Positions 1-8,935 of a stretch of 64,000 nt of DNA are shown here, one piece after another; the stretch's first letter is position 1, and each line of letters begins with the position of its first letter. Both the position numbers and the translations under genes were made by a program. The stretch comes from Bacteroidota bacterium. Lineage in GTDB: Bacteria; Bacteroidota; Bacteroidia; Chitinophagales; Chitinophagaceae. The DNA is taken from positions 1,329 through 65,328 of the forward strand of contig JAUZOA010000018.1 in the NCBI GenBank assembly GCA_030706685.1, read 5' to 3'. A model generated the notes under the pieces. That model made no database searches. It was not told the DNA's origin and was given only the letters and a program-made list of their open reading frames with translations.

Positions 1-1365
1 GTTCTTCATATAATTTAATTGCTTCACAGCAAAAACAGTAGCTATGATCAGGAAGATGGCACAGGAAAACTGGCTGACCACAAGAATATTTCTTAATAAT
101 CCCTTGTTCTTACCGGTTTGTATAGATCCTTTCAAAACCTTGACCGGCCGGAACGATGAAAGGTAAGCAGCAGGATAAAGGCCCGACAGTATTCCCAGCA
201 TGACGGTGCCCGATAGCAGCGAAACCAGTTGCTTCCAGTTGCTGAACAACGGGAACTCCAGGTTACGCTGACTCAATTGGTTTACCGAAGGCAAAAAAAG
301 TTTTACCAGGACAATCGCAAACAACATCGAAATAAGCGACAGGATAACCGATTCGCCGATAAACTGAACGGATAATTGCCAGCGGAATGCTCCGACTGAT
401 TTCCTGACACCTACTTCTCTCGCCCTCTCCGCGGAACGGGCCGTAGAAAGATTCATGAAATTGATGCAGGCAATAAGTAATACGACAAGGGCAATGATAA
501 AAAAGAGATTGGTATAGCTTTTATCGAATTGCTGGTAATTGAACCTGTCCAGTCCGATATCTGTTGCCCCGGCATGTACATCTCTTAAAGGCAACAGAAA
601 TAATTCATAATATTTCCAGTCACCCCCTGTCATGTGTTTCTTCAGGTAATCAGGGAATTTTTTTTCCAGCGCAGCCATACTGGTGTTGGGCGCCAGTTCC
701 AGGTAAGTGTTTAGCCAGTTGCCTCCCCAGTTATTCATCCAATCGGCACGCTCGATTGTACTAAAGGGAACAAGCGCGTCAAATTGTATCTGCGAATTGG
801 GAGGTACATTATCCAGCACAGCCGTTACGACAAGGGTAGTGGTGTCATGATCATAACTCACAAGCGTTTTTCCTAACGGATCTTCTTTTCCAAAAAATTT
901 CTCTGCTGTAGCCCGCGTGAGTACGACGGTATTCTTTTTTTGAAGCGCGGAGCGCCGGTCGCCTTTTACGAGGGAAAAATCGAACATATCAAGAAAGGTG
1001 GAATCAACAAAACATACTTTTTTGATAAAAACACGTTTATCCCCATAATTCAATGGAAGGTTGCCATTCGAGCTGATTCTTGTAAAATTTTTTATTTCAG
1101 GAAATTCATCTTTCAGGGTGGGCCCCATAGGAAACATGGACAATGCTACTTTCTGGGCAGCGACCATCCCTTCAAACTTCTGCACTTCATTCAGCCGGTA
1201 AATATTTTTTGTATGGAAATTGTCAAAACTTTTTTCATACGAAACAAAAAGCAGGATAATAATACAGGCGGCCATACCGATGGCAAGACCCGCTATATTG
1301 ATAGCAGAATAAACTTTATTCTTCCAGAGATTGCGCCAGGCGGTTTTGAAATAGTTTTTAATCAT
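1..1365 (-). CDS. ABC transporter permease, double-FtsX MacB-like paralog (5' part only; C-terminal half lies beyond the window edge)
   Basis: The reverse frame is open from ATG (complement of 1363-1365) to base 1, 455 codons. My translation starts MIKNYFKTAWRNLWKNKVYSAINIAGLAIG and contains ACINFMNLSTARSAERAREVGVRKSVGA. These are the same N-terminal and FtsX loop motifs as the complete paralogs. It is absent from the ORF track because it runs off the edge. Confidence 0.85.
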   Translation of the reverse strand, partial: MIKNYFKTAWRNLWKNKVYSAINIAGLAIGMAACIIILLFVSYEKSFDNFHTKNIYRLNEVQKFEGMVAAQKVALSMFPMGPTLKDEFPEIKNFTRISSNGNLPLNYGDKRVFIKKVCFVDSTFLDMFDFSLVKGDRRSALQKKNTVVLTRATAEKFFGKEDPLGKTLVSYDHDTTTLVVTAVLDNVPPNSQIQFDALVPFSTIERADWMNNWGGNWLNTYLELAPNTSMAALEKKFPDYLKKHMTGGDWKYYELFLLPLRDVHAGATDIGLDRFNYQQFDKSYTNLFFIIALVVLLIACINFMNLSTARSAERAREVGVRKSVGAFRWQLSVQFIGESVILSLISMLFAIVLVKLFLPSVNQLSQRNLEFPLFSNWKQLVSLLSGTVMLGILSGLYPAAYLSSFRPVKVLKGSIQTGKNKGLLRNILVVSQFSCAIFLIIATVFAVKQLNYMKN

Positions 1366-1438
1366 GTAAGAAAGCTTTTAGGTTTTAGCTATTAGCATTG
1401 AATAATATCCCGGGAGCTGCAACTAACAAATCCTTATC

Positions 1439-3865
1439 TTATTCCGTTCGCAATGACTTCACCGGGTTAGCCACCGCCGCTTTGATCGCCTGGAAGCTAA
1501 CCGTTATCCATGCGATCAGTAAAGCAGCCGCCCCTGCCAGCACAAATACCCACCAGCTAATATTCGTTTTATAGGCAAAATCCTGCAACCATTTATTCAT
1601 CGCCCACCAGGCAACCGGTGAAGCGATGAAAATGGAAATAAAAACCAGTTTTAAAAAATCTTTGGATAACATGGCTGCAATGGCGGCCACCGATGCGCCC
1701 AATACTTTCCGGACTCCAATTTCCTTTACCCGTTGCTGGGCAGTGAACATAGCCAATCCAAATAGCCCAAGGCAACTGATAAGTATAGCCAGCCCGGTAA
1801 ATGAGTTGGATATCCTTTTCAATGTGCTTTCATCTGTATATTGTTTCTGAACCTCCTCATCAAGGAATGAATATTCAAATGGCATCCCCTTGATAGTTTT
1901 TTTCCAGGCGGCCGACACACCGGATAAAACGCTTTTATAGTCATTCGTTGCCATTTTCACTACCATATAAGAAGGCCTGTTACTGTAAAAAGTCATCAGG
2001 GGCTGTATTTCCTCTTTCAGCGAATTATAATTATAGTCGTTCGTCACCCCGACTATTTCAAATTCATTATGGCTGCCTTCAAAGTCGGAGAACAGCTTGC
2101 TGCCGATTGCCTTATCCTTTTCTATTCCGAATGCCTGTAATGTCCTCTCGTTGACCACTGCCTGGTTACTCGTATCCGATTGCCTTAAGTTGCGGCCTGC
2201 CTCAATCCGGATACCCATTACGCCAAAGAAATTTTCGCTGACACGATTTACTTTCACCACTTTCCCGGAATTCATATCCTGGCCAGGCTTGTAGACAAGA
2301 TAATCAGACAATACATATTGCGAAGGATAATAAGCACAACCTGCTGCACCTTTTACGTCCTTCAGGCTCATCAATTCGTTATTCAATGCGGTGAAATGCT
2401 GACGGGCCTGGTCATTCTGAAACGGGATGATCAATTGCTGTTTTTGATCAAACCCCAGGTCCTTCGACTGCATATAATTGATCTGCCTGGAAATAATGAT
2501 CACACTTATGATCAGGATAATGGCGATCACAAATTGAAAGACAACCAGGCCCTTTCTCAGGAATATGGAAGATGATTTGAAGGAGAATGTTCCTTTCAGA
2601 ACACTTACAGGCTTAAACCCGGATAAATACAAAGCCGGGTAAATACCCGCGAGAAGCCCGGTTACCAATCCAAGACCGGCAATAACAGAAATAACACCTG
2701 CATGATTAAATGACTCAATACTGATTGAACTTTCTGTGAGCGCATTCAAAGAAGGCAGCAAGACGATCACAACAGGTATGGCGAGCAGGACAGCAATAAA
2801 GGAAATTAAAACAGATTCGCCTAAAAACTGCCTGATCAGTGAAGACTTGGTTGCGCCGGCTACTTTGCGCACCCCTATTTCCCTGGCACGGCGGACGGAT
2901 CTTGCGGTTGTCAGGTTAATAAAATTGACACAGGCGATCAACTGGATAAAAAACGCAATCGTTAATAGCAAATATAAAAAACGCGCATTGGAAACTTTGT
3001 CTATCTGGTTACTGATACCGCTGGAATAAAGATGAATGCCGGTGACTTTTTGCAGGAACAACTGTTTCTTCATGCCCAGTTCTCTCAGGTTATCCCCGCC
3101 ATGTTTTTCCAGGAAAGCCGGCAACTTGGCCTGGAGATCATTGGCATTGGCGTTCGGGTTGAGTTTTACGTAATTATAAACAAAATTTTGTCCTGCCCAT
3201 TGATTATTGGTTCTTACATATTCACCGATACCTCCGCTATTCATATTCATAATAAAATGCGGATGCCAATGCGATTTTCCATACGTTTCATCAAAGACGC
3301 CTGTTACTTTGAATACATGGGCGCTTATCCGGTTCCCGATATTGATTTGCTGGTTCAACGCGTTGTTCTTTCCGAATAATTTGGCGGCTACCGCGGAAGA
3401 TAGTACAACTGTATAAGGCTCATCCAGGGAATGAAGAGGCTGCCCTTCGATAAATTTGTAGCTGAATAGCTGGAAAAAAGTAGAATCAACCAGGTAGCCC
3501 TTGGGTTCATAAAATGAGTTATCACTTCCCGGTACGCTCAGTAAATTATCACCGCCGTCGGTAAAAAGCAATACTCTTGTAGCGGCTACTACTTCCGGGA
3601 AATCCATCTTCATGCCCATAGCAATAGGAGGTGAAGAAGAAGCGGAATTAAATCCCTTGTCATTTTTGCCTTCAATGACTGTTCTTATCCGGTAAATAGA
3701 CGATGCATCCGGGTGCTGGGTATCATATCCATATTGATCCCTCACATATAAAACAATATAGAGGCAACATACTGTACCGGCCGTGAGACCAAGTATATTC
3801 AGCAAGGAAAATGACTTGTTTCTCCAGATATTGCGCCAGGCAATTTTTAAATAATTTTTGAGCAT
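1439..3865 (-). CDS. ABC transporter permease, double-FtsX MacB-like (fused pseudo-dimer: 2 x [TM - extracytoplasmic domain - 3 TM])
   Basis: 808-aa ORF with N-terminus MLKNYLKIAWRN followed by a TM. It has two FtsX-type loop motifs (ACVNFINLTTARSVRRAREIGVRKVAGA and FTAQQRVKEIGVRKVLGA), each after a ~250-aa non-hydrophobic domain. The C-terminus ANPVKSLRTE is shared by all paralogs. Confidence 0.9.
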   Translation of the reverse strand: MLKNYLKIAWRNIWRNKSFSLLNILGLTAGTVCCLYIVLYVRDQYGYDTQHPDASSIYRIRTVIEGKNDKGFNSASSSPPIAMGMKMDFPEVVAATRVLLFTDGGDNLLSVPGSDNSFYEPKGYLVDSTFFQLFSYKFIEGQPLHSLDEPYTVVLSSAVAAKLFGKNNALNQQINIGNRISAHVFKVTGVFDETYGKSHWHPHFIMNMNSGGIGEYVRTNNQWAGQNFVYNYVKLNPNANANDLQAKLPAFLEKHGGDNLRELGMKKQLFLQKVTGIHLYSSGISNQIDKVSNARFLYLLLTIAFFIQLIACVNFINLTTARSVRRAREIGVRKVAGATKSSLIRQFLGESVLISFIAVLLAIPVVIVLLPSLNALTESSISIESFNHAGVISVIAGLGLVTGLLAGIYPALYLSGFKPVSVLKGTFSFKSSSIFLRKGLVVFQFVIAIILIISVIIISRQINYMQSKDLGFDQKQQLIIPFQNDQARQHFTALNNELMSLKDVKGAAGCAYYPSQYVLSDYLVYKPGQDMNSGKVVKVNRVSENFFGVMGIRIEAGRNLRQSDTSNQAVVNERTLQAFGIEKDKAIGSKLFSDFEGSHNEFEIVGVTNDYNYNSLKEEIQPLMTFYSNRPSYMVVKMATNDYKSVLSGVSAAWKKTIKGMPFEYSFLDEEVQKQYTDESTLKRISNSFTGLAILISCLGLFGLAMFTAQQRVKEIGVRKVLGASVAAIAAMLSKDFLKLVFISIFIASPVAWWAMNKWLQDFAYKTNISWWVFVLAGAAALLIAWITVSFQAIKAAVANPVKSLRTE

Positions 3866-3870
3866 AGAAG

Positions 3871-3962
3871 AAAACTTTTAGCTATTAGCCTTTAGCTGTT
3901 AGCTATTGATTATTAGCAATGAATACTATTTTAACAAACGCCCGCAACTAATAGCTAATGGC
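3871..3962. repeat. palindromic GCTATTAGC/GCTAATAGC-word intergenic element between permease paralogs
   Basis: TAGCTATTAG (3879-3888) is the exact reverse complement of CTAATAGCTA (3948-3957). By eye the whole spacer is ~90% identical to 6403-6505. Confidence 0.8.
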
Positions 3963-3965
3963 TTC

Positions 3966-6395
3966 TTATTCCGTTCGCAATGACTTTACCGGGTTAGCGA
4001 CCGCCGCTTTGATCGCCTGGAAACATACAGTCAGTACAGCGATCGATAAGGCAATGGTTCCTGCGACCAGGAATATCCACCAGCCGATATTGATCCTGTA
4101 AGCAAAATCTTCCAGCCATTTGTGCATAAACCACCAGGCTGCCGGCGCTGCCATGACAAACGCGATCAATACTAGTTTCAGGAAATCTTTGGAGAGCAGC
4201 ATTACAACCCCGCTTACACTGGAGCCAAGAACCTTCCGTATCCCTATTTCTTTTGTTCTTTGCTCCGCGATAAAAGTGGCCAGGCCAAATAAGCCAAGGC
4301 AGGCTATCAATATAGCCAAAACGGAAAACAATAACGCGAGTTTACCGATTCTTTGCTCGTTACTGTACATTTCAGTAAACGAATCATCGAGAAAACGATA
4401 ACTGAAAGGCAAGCCCGGCGCCATGGCTTTCCACTTACTTTGTATCTGTGGTATCAATGAATGAATACCCGCGGCATTTACTTTAAATGAAATGGAATAA
4501 GTGCTTTTGCCAAGCCTGAAACATAAAGGACCGATGTTCTTACGCAGGGATTCAAAATTGAAATTCTTTACCACCCCGATAATATTGAAAGGGACTATTT
4601 TATTATTATTACCAAACGTATAAATGGAGTGACCAACCGGGTCTTTGTATCCTAAAAAGCCGGCTGTGGTTTCATTAATGATTACCGCATTGGAATCAGC
4701 GCCGAATTCTTTTGAAAAATTCCTTCCTGCCGCCATTTCCATCCCCATTGTTTTAATATAGTCATAATCCACTCTCCACGTTTGCATATCAATGCCGCTC
4801 TTTGAATCCATTACCGCTTCTTTTGAATATGTATTATCGTTCCTGGAAGAATTAGCTACAGGCAGATAAGCGCTTACCGTTCCGTCCAGAACGCCCGGCA
4901 TTTGCAGCACTTCGTTTTTAAATGCATTGATATTATCACCTAGCGCGTAAGTGCCATCGAGTACCAATACCTGGTCTTTATTAAAACCAAGTTTCTTATT
5001 TTGGATATAATTCAACTGGCGGTATACTACGATCGTACTTATGATAAGTATAACAGAAGTGGCAAACTGGAAAACGACCAGTACGCTTCTCAATCCCCCG
5101 CTTTTGCTCCCAAGCCTTAATTTTCCTTTCAGTACTTCGATAGGGCGGAAAGCGGAAAGATAGAAAGCAGGATAACTCCCGGCCATCAATCCTACCAAAA
5201 ATGGCAGCGCGATCAGCAGGGGCAATATATAAGGTGAGAAGAGGCTCCCGAGACTCATTTTCTTACCTGACACCTCGTTGAAAGCCGGCAATACAAAATA
5301 ATTGATGACTATAGCGATAACCAGGGATATTATTACCATGACGACCGACTCAAAAAGAAACTGGGTGATCAATTCTTTTCTCTCCGTTCCCAGTACTTTT
5401 CGTATACCTACTTCCCTGGCCCGGTTGGCGGAACGGGCTGTCGTCAGGTTCATAAAATTGATACAGGCAATAATTAAAATAAAAAGGGCTACAGCAGAAA
5501 ATATATAGATATACTGAATGTTGCCCCCCGGGCTCAACTCAAAAGAACGGTCAGAATATAAATGAATTTTTGTAAGCGGCATCATCGTATATTCCAGCTT
5601 GTTGCCGGCCTTACTGAATTCTTCCATGCTGTTAATGTGCATAAACTGTTTGGCTTCCGGCAAAACATAATCAGTCGTGTATTTTGAAAAATGCTTTTCG
5701 AAAGCTTTATAGTCTGTTCCTTTTTTAAGCAGCAGGTAAGTATAAAAATTATGGCTGGTAAGCTGCCCCCATTGGTAATTCACATTTTTCATGGAAAAGA
5801 GGAAATCAAAATGAAAATGAGAATTTTCCGGGATATCTTTAATAACAGCGGTTATTTTATATACGGTCTTGTTATTATCGTCCGTTTCAATCGTCTTATT
5901 CAAGACGTCTGTTGAGCCAAAATATTTGATGGCGGCCGACCGGGTAATCACCACGGTATTGGGTTCATTCAATGCTGTTTTGGTGTCTCCTTTTATGGAA
6001 GGAAGTGTAAATACATTAAAGAATGTCGAATCAACATGCGCTACCGCCGGCTCATGGATAAATTCGTTATCCTTCTTAATCATCTTGCTGCCGCCCGAAG
6101 TATAAATACGGGTATACTCCTCTACTTCAGGATAATCTTTCTTTAATAATTGCCCCATCATATCCGATGTAACCCCCAGGTGCAGATCACCGCCTCCAAA
6201 CCTGATATCTGAATTAATACGGTAGATCCGGGCTGCTTTATCATTGTAACGGTCAAAGTTCAGCTCATCTGTTACATACAGGGCAATCAGCAGGAAACAG
6301 GAAAGGCCGATAGCCAACCCCGTTATATTAATAATGGAGTAGGTCTTGTTTTTTGAAAGATTCCGCCAGGCGATCTTTAAATAGTTTTTAAGCAT
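3966..6395 (-). CDS. ABC transporter permease, double-FtsX MacB-like paralog
   Basis: 809-aa ORF with the same architecture: MLKNYLKIAWRN N-terminus, CINFMNLTTARSANRAREVGIRKVLG and AEQRTKEIGIRKVLG loops, and C-terminus ANPVKSLRTE. Confidence 0.9.
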   Translation of the reverse strand: MLKNYLKIAWRNLSKNKTYSIINITGLAIGLSCFLLIALYVTDELNFDRYNDKAARIYRINSDIRFGGGDLHLGVTSDMMGQLLKKDYPEVEEYTRIYTSGGSKMIKKDNEFIHEPAVAHVDSTFFNVFTLPSIKGDTKTALNEPNTVVITRSAAIKYFGSTDVLNKTIETDDNNKTVYKITAVIKDIPENSHFHFDFLFSMKNVNYQWGQLTSHNFYTYLLLKKGTDYKAFEKHFSKYTTDYVLPEAKQFMHINSMEEFSKAGNKLEYTMMPLTKIHLYSDRSFELSPGGNIQYIYIFSAVALFILIIACINFMNLTTARSANRAREVGIRKVLGTERKELITQFLFESVVMVIISLVIAIVINYFVLPAFNEVSGKKMSLGSLFSPYILPLLIALPFLVGLMAGSYPAFYLSAFRPIEVLKGKLRLGSKSGGLRSVLVVFQFATSVILIISTIVVYRQLNYIQNKKLGFNKDQVLVLDGTYALGDNINAFKNEVLQMPGVLDGTVSAYLPVANSSRNDNTYSKEAVMDSKSGIDMQTWRVDYDYIKTMGMEMAAGRNFSKEFGADSNAVIINETTAGFLGYKDPVGHSIYTFGNNNKIVPFNIIGVVKNFNFESLRKNIGPLCFRLGKSTYSISFKVNAAGIHSLIPQIQSKWKAMAPGLPFSYRFLDDSFTEMYSNEQRIGKLALLFSVLAILIACLGLFGLATFIAEQRTKEIGIRKVLGSSVSGVVMLLSKDFLKLVLIAFVMAAPAAWWFMHKWLEDFAYRINIGWWIFLVAGTIALSIAVLTVCFQAIKAAVANPVKSLRTE

Positions 6396-6402
6396 AGAAG
6401 AG

Positions 6403-6505
6403 AGCTATTCGCTATTAGCCTTTAGCTGTTAGCTATTGGCTATTAGCCATGAATAATATTTTAACAAACGCCCGCAACTAATAGCTAAAAGCTAATAGCT
6501 AATGG
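6403..6505. repeat. palindromic GCTATTAGC/GCTAATAGC-word intergenic element (longer copy)
   Basis: The left arm GCTATTAGCCTTTAGCTGTTAGCT pairs imperfectly with the right arm AACTAATAGCTAAAAGCTAATAGC. It shares two identical 26-nt blocks with 3871-3962. Confidence 0.8.
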
Positions 6506-6509
6506 CTTC

Positions 6510-8870
6510 TTATTCCGTTCGCAATGACTTCACAGGATTCATAACTGCCGCCCTAATAGCCTGGAAGCTTACCGTAAATAAAGCGATAGCTACGGCCAGC
6601 AAACCGGCTACTGCAAATACCCACCATTGAATAGCGATGCGATAGGCGAAGTCCTGCAAAAATTTATTCATCATCCACCAGGCCAGTGGAAAAGCAATCA
6701 CAGACGCGATAACCACCAGGCGGATAAAATCTTTCGAGAGTAAAGTGATCACGTTGGGAACCGTAGCGCCAAGTACTTTGCGAATGCCAATTTCTTTGGT
6801 TCGTCTTTCGGCGGTGTAAGCGGCTAACCCGAATAATCCAAGACAAGAGATCAGGATGGTAAGAAAAGCAAAGACTCTTGATAATTTGCCGATCAGTGAT
6901 TCACTTTTAAAAAGGTCATTGAATTCATCATCAAGGAATTTATATTCGAAAGGATAAGCGGGATTATTTGACTTGATCACCGTTTCAATTTTTGAAACAG
7001 CTTTGGAAATATCCCGGTTGGCTTTCAGGCGGATGGCCAGCTCGTTTACATTGCTGGTATCGCAAAAAAGGATCAGCGGATCAGGCTTGCGGTACATATC
7101 GTTGTATATAAAATCCTTTACCACGCCCGCTATAGTCAGCTTCCGCCCGTTACCACGCGTAATAATTTGACCAACGGGATCTTTCTTCCCTATTATTCCG
7201 GCAAATGTTTCATTGACGATGATACTGGAACTGTCACTGGTTATATCGTCATAAAAATTTCTTCCTGATGCCAGCTTCATACCCATCGCAGGTACGTATT
7301 GCGGGCTCACCCATTCCATACTGACCAATAATTGCGAATTCGGGATCTTTCCCTCCCAACTGAAATCTCCGCTGCTGCTTCCTATGCTCAGCACCTGGTT
7401 ATTGGAAGCGGCGACATTCTCAACAACATTAGTAGCCATCAACTCATTGTAAATAGCAGGATAATGTCCACGCATCTTTCCATAAAGTGGTGTGAAAAGA
7501 ACGTTGTCTTTATTGTATCCTAATTGTCTTTCCTTCACATACTGTATTTGCCGGTAAATGATGATCGTACTGATGATAAGAACAATGGAAATGATAAACT
7601 GGGTTATTACTAATCCTTTTCTTACATACACAATGACAGAATTTTTACCAATACGTAGTCCTTTAAAAACCGTTACCGGGTTGAAAGATGAAAGATAAAA
7701 GGAAGGATAACTTCCTGCCAGCACACCACAGAACAGGGCCATTAATAATAACCCCCCTGAAATTACCGGGTTGCCCGGGTCAAAAGAAAGTTTCTTTTCT
7801 ACCAGTGTATTAAAAGATGGTAAAACAAGCCATACGATCAGGGCTGCAATCAGCATCGCGGAAAGAGACATAAAGATAGATTCACTGAAAAATTGCCGGA
7901 TGAGCATTCCTTTCCCGGCCCCCATCACTTTCCTTACCCCCACTTCTCTTGCCCTTTGTTCTGACCGGGCCGTGGCGAGATTCATAAAATTGATACAGGC
8001 AATAATGATAATAAGAATCGCGATGATGCTGAATAACCGGACAAATTCAATCCTGCCGCCCGCTTGTTTCCCTTCTTCGAATTTATTTCTCAACCGCCAT
8101 TCATTCATGGAAAACAGGAATGGTTTGGCGATAGCTGATGTGTCCTTGCTGCTGATAAAATCGTGCAATTTCTTATTTACCGCCCGTGCATCCGCGCCGG
8201 CATTCAATTCAACAAAAGTTTGTATGCCATTATTGCCCCATTGGGTAAGCCATTGATTTTGGCCTTCATAAATCTTAAAGGAAGCCAACCAGGAAAATTT
8301 CAAAGTGCTTGACGGCGGCGGCTCTTCCATAATGCCTTTAATGGTGTATAATTTATCATTATTTACTTTTAATGTTTTGCCCATTGCATCTTCTTTGCCA
8401 AAAAACTTCTCCGCCATTTTATTGGTGATGATAATAGACGTCGGATCTGTAAGTAATGTGGCAGTATCCCCCTTGAGCAGTTTGAAAGAAAACATTTTTA
8501 AAAAGTCCGGGTCGGTGAAATTCCCCACTTCATAAATGGATTTATCGCCAAGCGTAAAGAGCACGCGGGAACCCCAGTCTGCCCTCGCCGAATATTTTAT
8601 TTCGGGTAATTCCTGTTTGATAGCAGGTCCAAACTTCCCGGGCAAGGCTGCGAAGGTGTAAGTCTTTCCATCATAAGCCTGGTTTTCCAGCACCTGGTAG
8701 AGGCGGGAATAATCTTTATGAAACCTGTCATATTGCACCTCATCGTTGACCCACAGCAGGATCAGCATGGCACATGCCATTCCAAGAGAGAGGCCAAGGA
8801 TATTCAGGAAAGAATAGCCTTTGTTCTTTTTTAACTGGCGGAAGGCAATTTTAAAATAATTTTTGATCAT
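6510..8870 (-). CDS. ABC transporter permease, double-FtsX MacB-like paralog
   Basis: The ORF track gives 6510-8897. I prefer the internal ATG (complement 8868-8870), which gives MIKNYFKIAFRQL and aligns with the other paralog N-termini. It has CINFMNLATARSEQRAREVGVRKVMG and AERRTKEIGIRKVLG loops and ends NPVKSLRTE. Confidence 0.88.
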   Translation of the reverse strand: MIKNYFKIAFRQLKKNKGYSFLNILGLSLGMACAMLILLWVNDEVQYDRFHKDYSRLYQVLENQAYDGKTYTFAALPGKFGPAIKQELPEIKYSARADWGSRVLFTLGDKSIYEVGNFTDPDFLKMFSFKLLKGDTATLLTDPTSIIITNKMAEKFFGKEDAMGKTLKVNNDKLYTIKGIMEEPPPSSTLKFSWLASFKIYEGQNQWLTQWGNNGIQTFVELNAGADARAVNKKLHDFISSKDTSAIAKPFLFSMNEWRLRNKFEEGKQAGGRIEFVRLFSIIAILIIIIACINFMNLATARSEQRAREVGVRKVMGAGKGMLIRQFFSESIFMSLSAMLIAALIVWLVLPSFNTLVEKKLSFDPGNPVISGGLLLMALFCGVLAGSYPSFYLSSFNPVTVFKGLRIGKNSVIVYVRKGLVITQFIISIVLIISTIIIYRQIQYVKERQLGYNKDNVLFTPLYGKMRGHYPAIYNELMATNVVENVAASNNQVLSIGSSSGDFSWEGKIPNSQLLVSMEWVSPQYVPAMGMKLASGRNFYDDITSDSSSIIVNETFAGIIGKKDPVGQIITRGNGRKLTIAGVVKDFIYNDMYRKPDPLILFCDTSNVNELAIRLKANRDISKAVSKIETVIKSNNPAYPFEYKFLDDEFNDLFKSESLIGKLSRVFAFLTILISCLGLFGLAAYTAERRTKEIGIRKVLGATVPNVITLLSKDFIRLVVIASVIAFPLAWWMMNKFLQDFAYRIAIQWWVFAVAGLLAVAIALFTVSFQAIRAAVMNPVKSLRTE

Positions 8871-8879
8871 ATATACTAG

Positions 8880-8932
8880 CTTTTTGTTATTAGCCACCGG
8901 CTATTAGCTAATCGCTAAAGGCTAACGGCCTC
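8880..8932. repeat. degenerate member of the ATTAGC-word intergenic element
   Basis: TTATTAGCCACCGGCTATTAGCTAATCGCTAAAGGCTAACGG. It contains the 10-nt palindrome ATTAGCTAAT (8903-8912). Confidence 0.55.
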
Positions 8933-8935
8933 CCT

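Noticed and set aside
940-1395. Antisense or alternative-frame ORFs inside the large genes. Examples: 940-1395+, 7771-8256+, 13228-13740+, 20329-21078+, 57849-58517+, 59179-59820+, 54287-54646+, 41079-41518+.
   Set aside because: Each lies wholly inside, and opposite to or out of frame with, a long ORF with clear family motifs. Their translations are low-complexity with no recognisable motifs. They are typical shadow ORFs.
3871-6505. CRISPR-like reading of the repeated GCTATTAGC words
   Set aside because: The words are 9-10 nt, irregularly spaced and mutually complementary. They are confined to ~100-nt gene spacers, with no repeat-spacer periodicity and no cas genes.
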